A DNA stretch of 64,000 nt from Candidatus Saccharimonadota bacterium (GCA_016187125.1 JACPKF010000001.1:238178-302177), one strand, 5' to 3'; numbered from the stretch's first letter, positions 16,788 to 25,684 are shown. Numbers and translations are program-made. The notes: generated from the letters alone by a model not told the origin.

Positions 16788-16845
16788 GGAGGTTAGCCCC
16801 GCTCCGCCAGCCGGCGGACGGAGCGCTGTCCTCTTTCGCCCACCA
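16788..16845 (+). other. tRNA 3'-end fragment (Leu-GAG-type T arm plus acceptor plus CCA) split by a 34-nt GC hairpin
   Basis: GGAGGTT[34 nt: agccccgctccgccagccggcggacggagcgctg]TCCTCTTTCGCCCACCA, compared with the intact 3' end GGAGGTTCGATTCCTCTCTCGCCCACCA at 19391-19418. Confidence 0.6.
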
Positions 16846-16860
16846 TGAACTGGGGGAGTT

Positions 16861-18489
16861 TTGAGCAAAATCGCCTATTATTTACAGGAGCATTTGGTTG
16901 GCGAAGTTACCGATAATCTGGAAGTTCGCCGCTATTTCTCGACCGACGGCAGCATTTTACAAATGGTCCCGACGACCGTCGCATACCCCAAAAACGAAGA
17001 TGATGTTCGTAAAACCGCCCGCTTTAGCTGGCAGCTAGCCGAGCGTGGCAAAATTCTACCCCTAACTGCTCGCGGCGGCGGTAGCAATACATCAGGAGCG
17101 GCAATTGGCGGTGGAATTATGTTGATTTTTCCGGCCCATATGAACCAAGTCTTAGCTTTTGATCCCAAGCAACAAACTGTTACGCTGGAGCCTGGTATTA
17201 GCTATCAAAACTTGCAACAAATGCTACAAAGCCACGGCTGGTTTCTGCCGCCCTGTCCCCCGTCGTTGGCTTATTCGACCCTCGGCGGCGGAGTTGCTAG
17301 TAATTATTTAGGTCAAAAGTCGCTTAAGTATGGCGCCACCGGACACTACGTGAAACAGCTGCGGGTGGTGCTGAGTAATGGCGAAGTTATAGAAGTCGGC
17401 CCGCTCAACAAACGCCAACTCAGTCACAAAATGGGCTTAACTAACTTTGAAGGCCAGATTTACCGGCAGCTAGACAAACTCATAGAAGAAAGCTCGGAGA
17501 TTTTGGCGGCCGCGGCCAAACAGGTCAAATCGCCTCGTAGTGTCTCTGGGTATAATCTGCATGATATTAAAGACAGAGGCAGCTTTAATCTGGCGCCGCT
17601 GCTTGTCGGTTCGCAAGGGTCTTTAGGCATCATTACCGAAGCTACCCTATCAATAGCCCCTTATCCCGAGCCGGCAGAACTAGTCCTAATTAGTCTGGAT
17701 GATATTAACGAGTTAAAAGAAATTTTGCCTAAAATTCTGGACCTTCGACCCAGCGTTTTCGATTTTATTAACAAAGCGGCTATGGACACAGTCACCTCGA
17801 TCAACCTAAGCCAGCTGGCGGGGGTGCTAGCTCGCCCCGAGGCTGCTATTCATTTATTTATCGAGTTTGATGATTTTAAAGAAGCCGATCAGAAAAAAGC
17901 CGTTAAAAAACTCGGCAAGATTGTTGATAAAGCTGGAGCTTGGGCAGAAGTCTTTGATCCCGAAAACGATCATGACAAGTTTTGGAAAATCCGCCAGAGT
18001 GTCTCAACCATCCTAACGGGGACTAAAGGCCAGAGCCGGGCAGTTCCGGTGGCCGAAGATATCAGCGTTCCGCTGGAAAAGTTTGTTGATTTTTTGAGCA
18101 GAGCCGAAGAAGTTTATTCCGAGCTGGATCTTAATGCTGCGGCGTGGGGTCAAGCTGGCGATGGCATGGTTAGAATGCGACCAATGCTAAATTTGGCGGA
18201 GCTAGGTGACAGGCAAAAATTATTTAATATAGCCGGCAAGCTATACGCTGCAGTTATAGAAATGGGCGGCAGTATCACGGCCAGTGCCGGCGATGGCCGA
18301 GTTCGTGCGCCCTATATCCAGAAACAATACGGCGAAGATTTTTATAATCTTATGCTCAAAGTTAAAAAGATTTTTGATCCTTATGGCTTACTTAATCCAG
18401 GTGTCAAAACCGCCAGCCTGAAAGACGTAAAATCGCTGCTGCGTGACGAATACAAATCAAGCCACTACGAGCATCTAGCTGGAAGTTAA
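16861..18489 (+). CDS. FAD-binding oxidoreductase (GlcD/FAD_binding_4-like)
   Basis: 542 aa with a TTG start. N-terminal FAD-binding region (ARGGGSNTSGAAIGGG) and a C-terminal FAD-oxidase domain ending FDPYGLLNPG. Confidence 0.8.
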   Translation: MSKIAYYLQEHLVGEVTDNLEVRRYFSTDGSILQMVPTTVAYPKNEDDVRKTARFSWQLAERGKILPLTARGGGSNTSGAAIGGGIMLIFPAHMNQVLAFDPKQQTVTLEPGISYQNLQQMLQSHGWFLPPCPPSLAYSTLGGGVASNYLGQKSLKYGATGHYVKQLRVVLSNGEVIEVGPLNKRQLSHKMGLTNFEGQIYRQLDKLIEESSEILAAAAKQVKSPRSVSGYNLHDIKDRGSFNLAPLLVGSQGSLGIITEATLSIAPYPEPAELVLISLDDINELKEILPKILDLRPSVFDFINKAAMDTVTSINLSQLAGVLARPEAAIHLFIEFDDFKEADQKKAVKKLGKIVDKAGAWAEVFDPENDHDKFWKIRQSVSTILTGTKGQSRAVPVAEDISVPLEKFVDFLSRAEEVYSELDLNAAAWGQAGDGMVRMRPMLNLAELGDRQKLFNIAGKLYAAVIEMGGSITASAGDGRVRAPYIQKQYGEDFYNLMLKVKKIFDPYGLLNPGVKTASLKDVKSLLRDEYKSSHYEHLAGS

Positions 18490-18528
18490 ATCATTGCACT
18501 ATAATTATTTAGATAGTTTAAAAGTACT

Positions 18529-18867
18529 TCAATCACCTCCTCGACCCGGGTAATAATCTGGATAGTGTGACTGAGCAAAGTCAGAGATAAGTATCAATGC
18601 AATTGAACCAACAATAAAACCTGATATAAAAATATTTTCAAGTGCCACGCGAATATTCTTCCGGCCATTCCTGCGCATATGAATGTATAAAGCAGAAAGC
18701 GAAAATAACAACCAGCCCCCTGTAAGAGATAGAAACAGGAATAAGCCAGCGGGACCATCAAAACCTATCGAAGGTTTTGTGACTAGGGAATACACGAAAA
18801 GCCACACCAATCCGCCTAGGATCGTGCCTAAGGCTGGAAGAAGAACAGTCACCTCCCTAAATCTCAT
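18529..18867 (-). CDS. small membrane protein, unknown
   Basis: 112 aa with three hydrophobic helices. No recognisable motif. Confidence 0.5.
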   Translation of the reverse strand: MRFREVTVLLPALGTILGGLVWLFVYSLVTKPSIGFDGPAGLFLFLSLTGGWLLFSLSALYIHMRRNGRKNIRVALENIFISGFIVGSIALILISDFAQSHYPDYYPGRGGD

Positions 18868-18903
18868 TGCATAAATTAGGATACACGAGCACCTTCCCGG
18901 CGA

Positions 18904-19191
18904 CTAGGCCTCAAAGTCCACAACCTCGTAATCAAATACCTGCTTAAGTTTGGCTTTGACTTGTTCATGACGAGGATGATGACGGTATTGATCCATTCCT
19001 TTTACGTTATCGAAAACGGAAAATTGGACGTAATCATATGGACTTGGCCGCATAGACAATACTTTGCTTACAGACCAAGTCTTTACTTCAACAACCTCCT
19101 CCAAAAGCTTTTCCAAACTCTCTAAAGCAGCTCCGATTTCTGTCTTAGTAGCTGTATTCTTGGCTTTAAATAAAACAATATGATTAAACAT
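18904..19191 (-). CDS. Dabb (stress-responsive alpha/beta barrel) family protein
   Basis: MFNHIVLFKAKN... is typical of Dabb proteins. I chose the ATG at 19191 because the longer track ORF runs into tRNA-Val. Confidence 0.7.
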   Translation of the reverse strand: MFNHIVLFKAKNTATKTEIGAALESLEKLLEEVVEVKTWSVSKVLSMRPSPYDYVQFSVFDNVKGMDQYRHHPRHEQVKAKLKQVFDYEVVDFEA

Positions 19192-19197
19192 ATGCAA

Positions 19198-19274
19198 TGG
19201 TGGGCGATGAGGGACTTGAACCCCCGACACCCTGAGTGTAAATCAGGTGCTCTAGCCAACTGAGCTAATCGCCC
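19198..19274 (-). tRNA. tRNA-Val (anticodon TAC), CCA encoded
   Basis: Reverse complement GGGCGAUUAGCUCAGUUGGCUAGAGCACCUGAUUUACACUCAGGGUGUCGGGGGUUCAAGUCCCUCAUCGCCCACCA. TGGTATAAT lies upstream on the minus strand. Confidence 0.9.
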
Positions 19275-19330
19275 GGCACAGGTGATTATACCAGATGAAA
19301 TGCTATACTTTATGCTGTTAGATTCGCTTT

Positions 19331-19418
19331 GGGCGAGTGCTGTAACCAGGTAGCCAGGCTGGCTTGAGGTGCCAGTGTCCGTAAGGACGTGGAGGTTCGA
19401 TTCCTCTCTCGCCCACCA
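19331..19418 (+). tRNA. tRNA-Leu (anticodon GAG), type II, CCA encoded
   Basis: Acceptor GGGCGAG/CUCGCCC, anticodon stem CUGGC/GCCAG with loop UUGAGGU, long variable arm, T loop UUCGAUU. TGCTATACT lies upstream. Confidence 0.85.
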
Positions 19419-19597
19419 AATGGTTGTTTATTCCGAATTTTGCGTTACAATCAAAAGAGTTAGACGGAGGTTTTACCCGCCGAAACTTTACGTTATGAAA
19501 TGTATCGGTTTACACGAAGAGGGGGTAAGCAAATCACAAGAGTCGATAAAAATTTCGCAAACAATCCATAATGTAATGAAAAGTTTAGGAGAATGAA

Positions 19598-20359
19598 ATG
19601 TGGCTGGTGATTACCCTAGCAATAATTGCTCTTATCATCATAGTTAACGGCATTAGGCTAGTTAATCAGTATGAACGAGGGGTGGTTTTTCGGCTGGGTA
19701 AAGTTCGCCCGCAAGTTAAAGAACCGGGCCTGCGCTTGATTATTCCGATCATAGACAGAATGCGTAAGGTTAGTTTGCGAATTATTACCCTACCAGTAGA
19801 CAGCCAGCAGATTATTACTAAAGATAATGTGTCCATAGACGTAGCCGCCGTTGCTTACTATAAGGTTCAAGATCCCACAAAATCTATTGTGGAGATAGAG
19901 AATGTCATAAGCGCGACTTACCAGATTGCCCAAACTACCGTGCGTAATGTGGTCGGTCAAAGTTCACTTGACGAAGTTTTAAGCCAAACCGCGGCCATAA
20001 ACGACAAGATTAAGAACATACTGGACGGAGTGACTGAAAAGTGGGGTATTTACGTGAATACAGTGGAGCTTAAAGATATCCGCCTGCCGGACAGCATGCA
20101 GCGAGCGATGGCCAAACAAGCTGAAGCCGAGCGCGAAAAACGAGCCAAGATTATCGCCGCCGAAGGCGAACAACTCAGTGCTACAAAACTCGGCGAAGCG
20201 GCTGACATCATCAGTAAACATCCAATTGCCTTGCAGCTTCGTAATCTACAAGTCCTTAGCGAAATTGCGGTAGAGAAAAACAGCACCATTGTTTTCCCCG
20301 CCCAGTTTATGGACACGGTCAAACGCGTCGAAGAGTTTATGGCTCGAGAAAAGCAATAA
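19598..20359 (+). CDS. SPFH/band-7 (stomatin-like) protein
   Basis: N-terminal TM helix, the [12 protein letters not shown] hallmark (here [12 protein letters not shown]), and a C-terminal coiled [12 protein letters not shown]. Confidence 0.9.
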   Translation: MWLVITLAIIALIIIVNGIRLVNQYERGVVFRLGKVRPQVKEPGLRLIIPIIDRMRKVSLRIITLPVDSQQIITKDNVSIDVAAVAYYKVQDPTKSIVEIENVISATYQIAQTTVRNVVGQSSLDEVLSQTAAINDKIKNILDGVTEKWGIYVNTVELKDIRLPDSMQRAMAKQAEAEREKRAKIIAAEGEQLSATKLGEAADIISKHPIALQLRNLQVLSEIAVEKNSTIVFPAQFMDTVKRVEEFMAREKQ

Positions 20360-20406
20360 GCCCATCTTTACTTGCTCATATCTGTTAAAATATCCTTGTA
20401 GCTTCA

Positions 20407-20527
20407 CCAATTTTGCAAAGTTCCGCATCGCTGCAGTACTTTGCAAAATTGAGAGGAGGAAGCGACCTGAGGCTGGAAATAAACAAGTTATACTTGTTTA
20501 TGGAAGCCGACACGTCGATTCCGACGT
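20407..20527 (+). promoter_or_regulatory. tRNA leader module copy B
   Basis: CCAATT, a perfect 12-bp hairpin (20409-20450), AATTGAGAGGAG, then exactly 69 nt to tRNA-Phe. TGTTAAAAT, an extended -10, lies at 20383-20391 upstream. Confidence 0.6.
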
Positions 20528-20603
20528 GGCTCTTTAGCTCAGTTGGTAGAGCAGAGGCTTGAAGAGCCTTGTGTCCCCAGTTCGAGTCTGGGAGGAGCCA
20601 CCA
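20528..20603 (+). tRNA. tRNA-Phe (anticodon GAA), CCA encoded
   Basis: GGCUCUUUAGCUCAGUUGGUAGAGCAGAGGCUUGAAGAGCCUUGUGUCCCCAGUUCGAGUCUGGGAGGAGCCACCA. Canonical cloverleaf. Confidence 0.9.
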
Positions 20604-20763
20604 TAACAAAACACTCGACTTTTTGTTGGGTGTTTTATTATGCGTCCCCAGGCCCGAACTGCTTGCAGTTCGGCGGACGCAGCCGCGGAGCCAAAAGTGT
20701 GTTTACATGCTTTTGGCGAGCAGCGAGGGAGAAGTACGAGGAGCTTTTAGCGACGAGTGCGCT

Positions 20764-20781
20764 GTCTGGGAGGAGCCACCA
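20764..20781 (+). repeat. 18-nt direct repeat of the tRNA-Phe 3' end (GTCTGGGAGGAGCCACCA)
   Basis: Identical to 20586-20603. The copies are separated by 160 nt that contain GC-rich hairpins. Confidence 0.85.
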
Positions 20782-20796
20782 ACTTAAATCATAATT

Positions 20797-20831
20797 ACAG
20801 CTTCCGTGAAGAACAGCAGAAGCTGTTTTTA
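20797..20831 (+). terminator. putative rho-independent terminator
   Basis: 8-bp stem ACAGCTTC/GAAGCTGT with a 13-nt loop, followed by TTTTT. Confidence 0.5.
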
Positions 20832-20986
20832 CTTACAGCTTACACATACCTTTACGCTTTACCCCACAAAGAATCCTCTCTTTGTGGGGACCCCATTTTT
20901 ATGGCGGATTTTGATGTCTCACCCAGACTTAAGGACTGGGCAAGCTATCCGCCGAAAGCGAATGTTCGTTACCTGGAAGGAGTAAA

Positions 20987-21775
20987 TTACCTAGTTTTCA
21001 ACGCCGCGATCACTACTCCCCTCAGGATAAGCAAAAGGTCACCGGGCAGACCCAGAATAATCTGAAGTTTATGCAAAAACGGACCGGCCAGCTTTCTTAA
21101 ATTGTGACTATGCTCATACCATAAAGTTAGCCCGATTATGCCCGAAATCATCAAAAACTTATAAAACGAGCCGATTTGAATGTGCTTGGCATCCTCTATC
21201 AAAATAATCACACCAATCAGTCCGACTATTATGTAGGCCGCCGTGGCTAGGCGTGGATAGCGATTAACTATTTTAAGCATTAGCTGGCTCATCAAAACAA
21301 TGCCGGCAATGCCTATCATTACGCCGACAATTATGTAGTAAATATTATTAGACAAACCCACCGCCGAAACGACATTATCAATGCTAAAAGCAATATTGGT
21401 CAAGGCAATTTGGATTATCACGGCTTTATAAGTGGTCCCTGCCTTACGAGCCTTGCCTGCTTCGTCGACTTCTTGGCCAAGATGATTAAACATTAAAAAT
21501 ATTAGATAAAGAGCGCCGATGGTTTTTAGCCAGATGTTGTGAATGATAATGCTGGCAAAAATCAGAGCTATTAACCTAAAACCAGCGCCAAAAATAATTC
21601 CACGGCGGACGGCTGAAAGCCGCTGCTCGGCTGGTAAATCCTCAGCCAATGACGCATTAACTAGGGCGTTATCGACGCTCAAGAGTATTTCCAGAAAAAA
21701 TAAACTCACAATAACCGACAAAAAGGATGAGAAATCAAACTCCATATAGCTGCTCAGTATGGCAAAAGCCACCAA
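20987..21775 (-). CDS. TerC/DUF475-family integral membrane protein
   Basis: 262 aa, multi-TM. Two LSVDNALV / FSIDNVVSAV motifs characteristic of the TerC superfamily. Confidence 0.75.
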   Translation of the reverse strand: MVAFAILSSYMEFDFSSFLSVIVSLFFLEILLSVDNALVNASLAEDLPAEQRLSAVRRGIIFGAGFRLIALIFASIIIHNIWLKTIGALYLIFLMFNHLGQEVDEAGKARKAGTTYKAVIIQIALTNIAFSIDNVVSAVGLSNNIYYIIVGVMIGIAGIVLMSQLMLKIVNRYPRLATAAYIIVGLIGVIILIEDAKHIQIGSFYKFLMISGIIGLTLWYEHSHNLRKLAGPFLHKLQIILGLPGDLLLILRGVVIAALKTR

Positions 21776-22036
21776 GCTTGTAAATAATTGAACCTGGGCA
21801 AACGCCTTTTGTTATAATCGGTACTTGTAGCTTACCAACCAATTTCCGAAGCCATAGCTCAAGCGGGTTTGTCCGCCGAAGCCTTGGCGTAGGTGGGTGT
21901 AGCTTCCTATCATGCATGCGATAGGACCGTGTCGGATGACACGGCAGTTGTTTACCGTATCATTCGATACGGCCATATCGAATGACATGGGAGCGCTTTG
22001 CCAAAAAGTCTGTACCTTGAGAATATGTTAAAACAT

Positions 22037-22113
22037 GCGGGTGTAGCTCAGTTGTTTAGAGCGCTTCCTTGCCAAGGAAGAGGCCAGGGGTTAGAGTCCC
22101 CTCACCCGCACCA
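22037..22113 (+). tRNA. tRNA-Gly (anticodon GCC), CCA encoded
   Basis: Acceptor GCGGGUG/CACCCGC, anticodon stem CUUCC/GGAAG with loop UUGCCAA. The D loop AGUUGUUUA and T loop UUAGAGU are non-canonical. Confidence 0.85.
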
Positions 22114-22141
22114 TGGTTCGGCAAACTTATTTCAAATAAAA

Positions 22142-22175
22142 AATCCTCAAGCCAAAAAGCTGAGGATTCTTTATT
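22142..22175. terminator. putative bidirectional terminator hairpin
   Basis: AATCCTCA/TGAGGATT 8-bp stem, flanked by an A-run upstream and a T-rich run downstream. Lies between tRNA-Gly (+) and a small minus-strand ORF. Confidence 0.5.
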
Positions 22176-22192
22176 CTTTCTCGAGAAAGAGA

Positions 22193-22342
22193 TTAGCGAT
22201 GCCAAAGGCCAAGTATTGGCAGGTCAGATACTTTTGCCTTACCGCTGACTAAAGCGATAGCCACACCAAGCAACACTAAAGATGCGCCAACCATTAGCGC
22301 GAAGAGGCCAAGAGCGATGGGTGAGCTCCAGTCCCAAGTCAT
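22193..22342 (-). CDS. small membrane peptide (49 aa), hypothetical
   Basis: MTWDWSSPIALGLFALMVGASLVLLGVAIALVSGKAKV... preceded by GAGGGG. The longer track ORF upstream is made of GC-rich repeat DNA. Confidence 0.35.
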   Translation of the reverse strand: MTWDWSSPIALGLFALMVGASLVLLGVAIALVSGKAKVSDLPILGLWHR

Positions 22343-22575
22343 ATGATTCCCCTCTACCCACCCTTCGACGCGCCCCACGGGCTTGCTCAGGGTAAACCGC
22401 TCGATATATGTCGAAGGGTCCTGAGCGAAGTCGTCCATTCGATGTACTCAGGCCTTCGGCTCTGAGGCTCAGGCTCGAAGAGACGACCCTGAGCTTGGTC
22501 GAATGGGTCGAGGGACCGCATCACTTTAATTTGTAGCTTAACGATAACGCTTATTTGGAATTTACGCAACTAGTC

Positions 22576-22661
22576 TGGTGGGCGGGGAGGGACTTGAACC
22601 CTCAAGCCTTTTGGGCACAGCATTTTAAGTGCTGCGCGTATACCGATTCCGCCACCCGCCC
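22576..22661 (-). tRNA. tRNA-Leu (anticodon TAA), type II, CCA encoded
   Basis: Acceptor GGGCGGG/CCCGCCC, anticodon stem CAGCA/UGCUG with loop CUUAAAA, long variable arm, T loop UUCAAGU. Confidence 0.9.
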
Positions 22662-22664
22662 GGG

Positions 22665-22738
22665 TGGAGGCGCGAACGAGATTCGCACTCGTGTACAGGG
22701 TTTTGCAGACCCTTGCCTAACTCCTCGGCCATCGCGCC
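22665..22738 (-). tRNA. tRNA-Cys (anticodon GCA), CCA encoded
   Basis: GGCGCGAUGGCCGAGGAGUUAGGCAAGGGUCUGCAAAACCCUGUACACGAGUGCGAAUCUCGUUCGCGCCUCCA. Lies 3 nt upstream of tRNA-Leu(TAA). The T loop UGCGAAU has G at position 55. Confidence 0.8.
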
Positions 22739-22804
22739 ATACAAGATATATTTTACTACAATTTTTGTATGGTATAGGCAACTATAAAGGGGTATAATTA
22801 GTGT

Positions 22805-23296
22805 ATGCCAAAACGTTCGTGGACGGACCAACAACTTGAGATTGCTGTAAGAGACTCAAAAAGCTATAGGTCGGTGCTCATTAAACTTGGCTTAATCCCA
22901 GCCGGAGGTAATTATGATCAAATCAAGCGGCGTATCAAAGAGCTAGCGATTCCGGCGGAGCACTTCACCGGCAAGGGCTGGAATGTTGGCGGAATGTTTA
23001 TTCCAAAGCCGGCGAAACCAATTGAACTGCTTCTGATTAAAGACAGTGATGTACAAAGCTACAAATTAAAAGTCAGGCTTTTTGCAAAAGGGTTAAAGAA
23101 GCCTAAATGCGAATTGTGTGGCTGGGCGGTCGTTGCTCCGGACGGTAGAGTGCCACTGGAACTAGATCATATCAACGGCAAACGGCGCGATAATCGTCTA
23201 GAAAATCTGCGGATTCTTTGTCCTAACTGCCACAGTCTTCAACCCACGCACCGTGGTAAAAATAAGAAGGTTAAACTAGCTCAAATATTAGCTTAG
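22805..23296 (+). CDS. HNH endonuclease
   Basis: CELCGW...LELDHINGKRRDNRLENLRILCPNCH (HNH with flanking Cys pairs). 163 aa, next to the tRNA pair. Confidence 0.8.
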   Translation: MPKRSWTDQQLEIAVRDSKSYRSVLIKLGLIPAGGNYDQIKRRIKELAIPAEHFTGKGWNVGGMFIPKPAKPIELLLIKDSDVQSYKLKVRLFAKGLKKPKCELCGWAVVAPDGRVPLELDHINGKRRDNRLENLRILCPNCHSLQPTHRGKNKKVKLAQILA

Positions 23297-23451
23297 TTGG
23301 TTTGCCCAGTAGTAGATTTTCGAGTCAGCTCGTTTCCCCGGCGAGCCATTTATTCGGCATCATAGCGAACTTAACTATGTATGATTTACGGTATATGTTA
23401 GGTTTACTGACGAGCTGAAATTTACATGTAAAGTCGAGTAATCTCGAAAGC

Positions 23452-25242
23452 TCACTGCTGGGTTTGGCGTTTTTGGCGGATCATCCAGTTTTGGACATTA
23501 TAAAACCGGTCGGCTGCGGTGTTTGTACTCTTGCGTTCATAGCCAAAAACCGGCCCGCGAGTGACGTATAAGAAATTGGGCTGATACAGCGCCAGAGCTG
23601 GAGCGTCATCACGCCAAACTGTTGCAAAAGCTCGGTATTTAACCACTCGCACTACCGGATCGCCCCTAGTCCGACCGGCTTCCAGCGCTTGGTCGGCCGG
23701 ACCGGATTTATATTCACTCAAATTAAGATGACCCTGGGAATTGACACTGGCCTGCGAGCTATTCCAGTAGGCGAAAATATCAGGGTCAATGCCAATGTTG
23801 ATAGCATAAACCAGTATGTCATAATCATGGTTAGCAATAATCTGACTGCCCAGATCATTGGCGTCATAGAATTGAACTTCTACTTTTACTCCTAATTTGG
23901 CCCACTGGGTTTGCAAGTACTGTGACAACACAGTGTACTGCCGAGTGTTTTGGGAACGCAGGTTCAACACTAAAGTTTGATTATTTTTACTCCTAAAACC
24001 TTGTCCGGTGCGCAGCCAGCCGGCTTGGTCAAGTAATTGGTTGGCCAAGGAAGGGTCGTACGGCAGCTGCATAAGATCGCTGCTATAGCCTAGTTGATTA
24101 TGCAGCAGTGGACTATCAACCAGTTGGGTTGGGAAGCCAGTAATTTTGCTTAGCGGCTGACGATCTATGCCGCTAACTAGAGCCCTGCGAACGGCGGCGT
24201 CGGCAAAGACGCCGCGCGAATTATTAAAGAAAGCCATTACCGCGCTAGTCAGCGGCGTGTTATAGACTTGGACGTTGCTATCATCAGCTAGCTCATCGGG
24301 TAGTGCCTCTAGTCCTCCAACAGCATTGATCTGTTTTTTATTGAATGCATTTAGAAGTTGTTGTTCATTACTAAAAACCAACAAGTTAAAGCCGTCTAGT
24401 TTTGGCCGGCCGGCCCAGTATTTGTCAAAGGCTGCCAAGGTGATTCTTTGCTCAGAACCAAATCCTGAGGATGTTAGCAGTTCTATGAACTTCCACTGAA
24501 ATGGCCCCATACCAATCGGTTGGCTATTAAAGCTATTGCTGCGCAGTTGCGTCGGTGGGATCTTTTTCAAAATATGGGCTGGAATAATCCCATTAGTTAA
24601 AGACAATGGAAAAGGACTAAGGGCATTGGGTAGATCAAAGGTGACTGTGTAATTATCAACTTTTTTGACGGTGATGTCTCTCCAGTTGCTATAAAGAGCT
24701 GACTGAGACTCAATGTCTTGAATAGTTTTATAGGTAAAGACCACGTCATCGGCTGTAAACGGCGCCCCATCGTGCCAACTCAAGCCCTGCCTAAGATGTA
24801 CGGTGTAATGGGTCGGGGTTGGACCAACGCTCCAATCCTTAGCTAGATCAGCGGCAAAGCCGTTAGCGTTGTCATATTTGAATAGTCCGGCAAATACCAA
24901 ATGGCTGAGAGCTATATCGGCCTCTGTAGTGGCATAAAGTGGGTTGGCATTTCTAAATGTAGAGAGTATGCCTTCGCTATAAATACCGCCGGGAACTGGT
25001 TTGAGTGATTGATAATAGGGCGAAAGAGCTCGTAGCTGAATAACCCCGAAAAAAAACATCAGAATAAATAGGCTTATCCATAAAAAAATAAAACGCCGCA
25101 CAGAAACTAGTCTCCCCAACCGACGAAGCAGGAGTTTTTCTATCTGTTGGTCGGCTTGAACACCTAATTCTACGGCGCCTCTTTGATGCCGGCGAAAGTG
25201 TCGCCGCCAGCGTCTTTTGGTGCCCGAATCAAAAACAGCCAT
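23452..25242 (-). CDS. ABC transporter substrate-binding protein, family 5 (peptide/nickel type), membrane-anchored
   Basis: 596 aa. N-terminal basic region plus a TM helix, then an SBP_bac_5-like body (WSDGAPFTADDV-type motif, here WHDGAPFTADDV). Confidence 0.75.
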   Translation of the reverse strand: MAVFDSGTKRRWRRHFRRHQRGAVELGVQADQQIEKLLLRRLGRLVSVRRFIFLWISLFILMFFFGVIQLRALSPYYQSLKPVPGGIYSEGILSTFRNANPLYATTEADIALSHLVFAGLFKYDNANGFAADLAKDWSVGPTPTHYTVHLRQGLSWHDGAPFTADDVVFTYKTIQDIESQSALYSNWRDITVKKVDNYTVTFDLPNALSPFPLSLTNGIIPAHILKKIPPTQLRSNSFNSQPIGMGPFQWKFIELLTSSGFGSEQRITLAAFDKYWAGRPKLDGFNLLVFSNEQQLLNAFNKKQINAVGGLEALPDELADDSNVQVYNTPLTSAVMAFFNNSRGVFADAAVRRALVSGIDRQPLSKITGFPTQLVDSPLLHNQLGYSSDLMQLPYDPSLANQLLDQAGWLRTGQGFRSKNNQTLVLNLRSQNTRQYTVLSQYLQTQWAKLGVKVEVQFYDANDLGSQIIANHDYDILVYAINIGIDPDIFAYWNSSQASVNSQGHLNLSEYKSGPADQALEAGRTRGDPVVRVVKYRAFATVWRDDAPALALYQPNFLYVTRGPVFGYERKSTNTAADRFYNVQNWMIRQKRQTQQ

Positions 25243-25456
25243 ATACTAACTTTACCATCTAGTCTTGGCAGCCTGCAGGTTTCGCTACCCAGGGCGACAC
25301 ACTTGAGTGTAGTACAAGGAAGCAATAAGAAACGAGCGAGTCGTATGAATAATACGGTGAGCGAGTTTCGCCAGCAGCTGACACAGTAATACACCAAGAG
25401 GCTGCCGGTGCTACCAGCTCTGCTGGTGGACAGGGCAGGCGGTGTGTTGTCTTGGG

Positions 25457-25672
25457 TTATTGGACAACGATGGTAATTAATATACTGGCAGCAAAAACAA
25501 CCACCAAGATAATCGTTAACTGATGTAAGGTCTTATCTGAACCACGCCGGACGGTGTTAACTTCGCCCGAGCTGCCAAGACCGGCGCCTAAACTAGCCCC
25601 CCGAGTCTGAATAAGAATCAGCAGAATCAGCAATAAAACTGAAGCAATTGTTATATAGTTCCAAATATTCAC
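25457..25672 (-). CDS. secG: preprotein translocase subunit SecG
   Basis: 71 aa with two TM helices. The QTRGASLGAGLGSSG motif is typical of SecG. Confidence 0.8.
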   Translation of the reverse strand: MNIWNYITIASVLLLILLILIQTRGASLGAGLGSSGEVNTVRRGSDKTLHQLTIILVVVFAASILITIVVQ

Positions 25673-25684
25673 AGTAAGCCTCCG

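Noticed and set aside
20604-20781. Integrated prophage or genomic island at tRNA-Phe, suggested by the att-like 18-nt duplication
   Set aside because: The insert is only 160 nt and has no coding capacity, and there is no integrase nearby. It is reported as a scar or miniature element instead.
21828-21905. 5S-rRNA-like stretch (CCAATTTCCGAAGCCATAGCTCAAGC resembles the CCGAAC...GAAGTTAAGC region)
   Set aside because: The ends (GTAGCTTACC and GTAGCTTCC) are direct repeats, not complementary, so there is no helix I. The GAGAGTAGG-type 3' motifs are absent.
21776-22000. Expected yybP-ykoY (Mn) riboswitch upstream of the TerC-family gene
   Set aside because: I searched both strands by eye for the GGGGAGUAG and UUGACAUA...UUUAGCAAGACC cores and found neither. 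The region is instead three perfect short hairpins plus a plus-strand promoter-like TTGTTATAAT.
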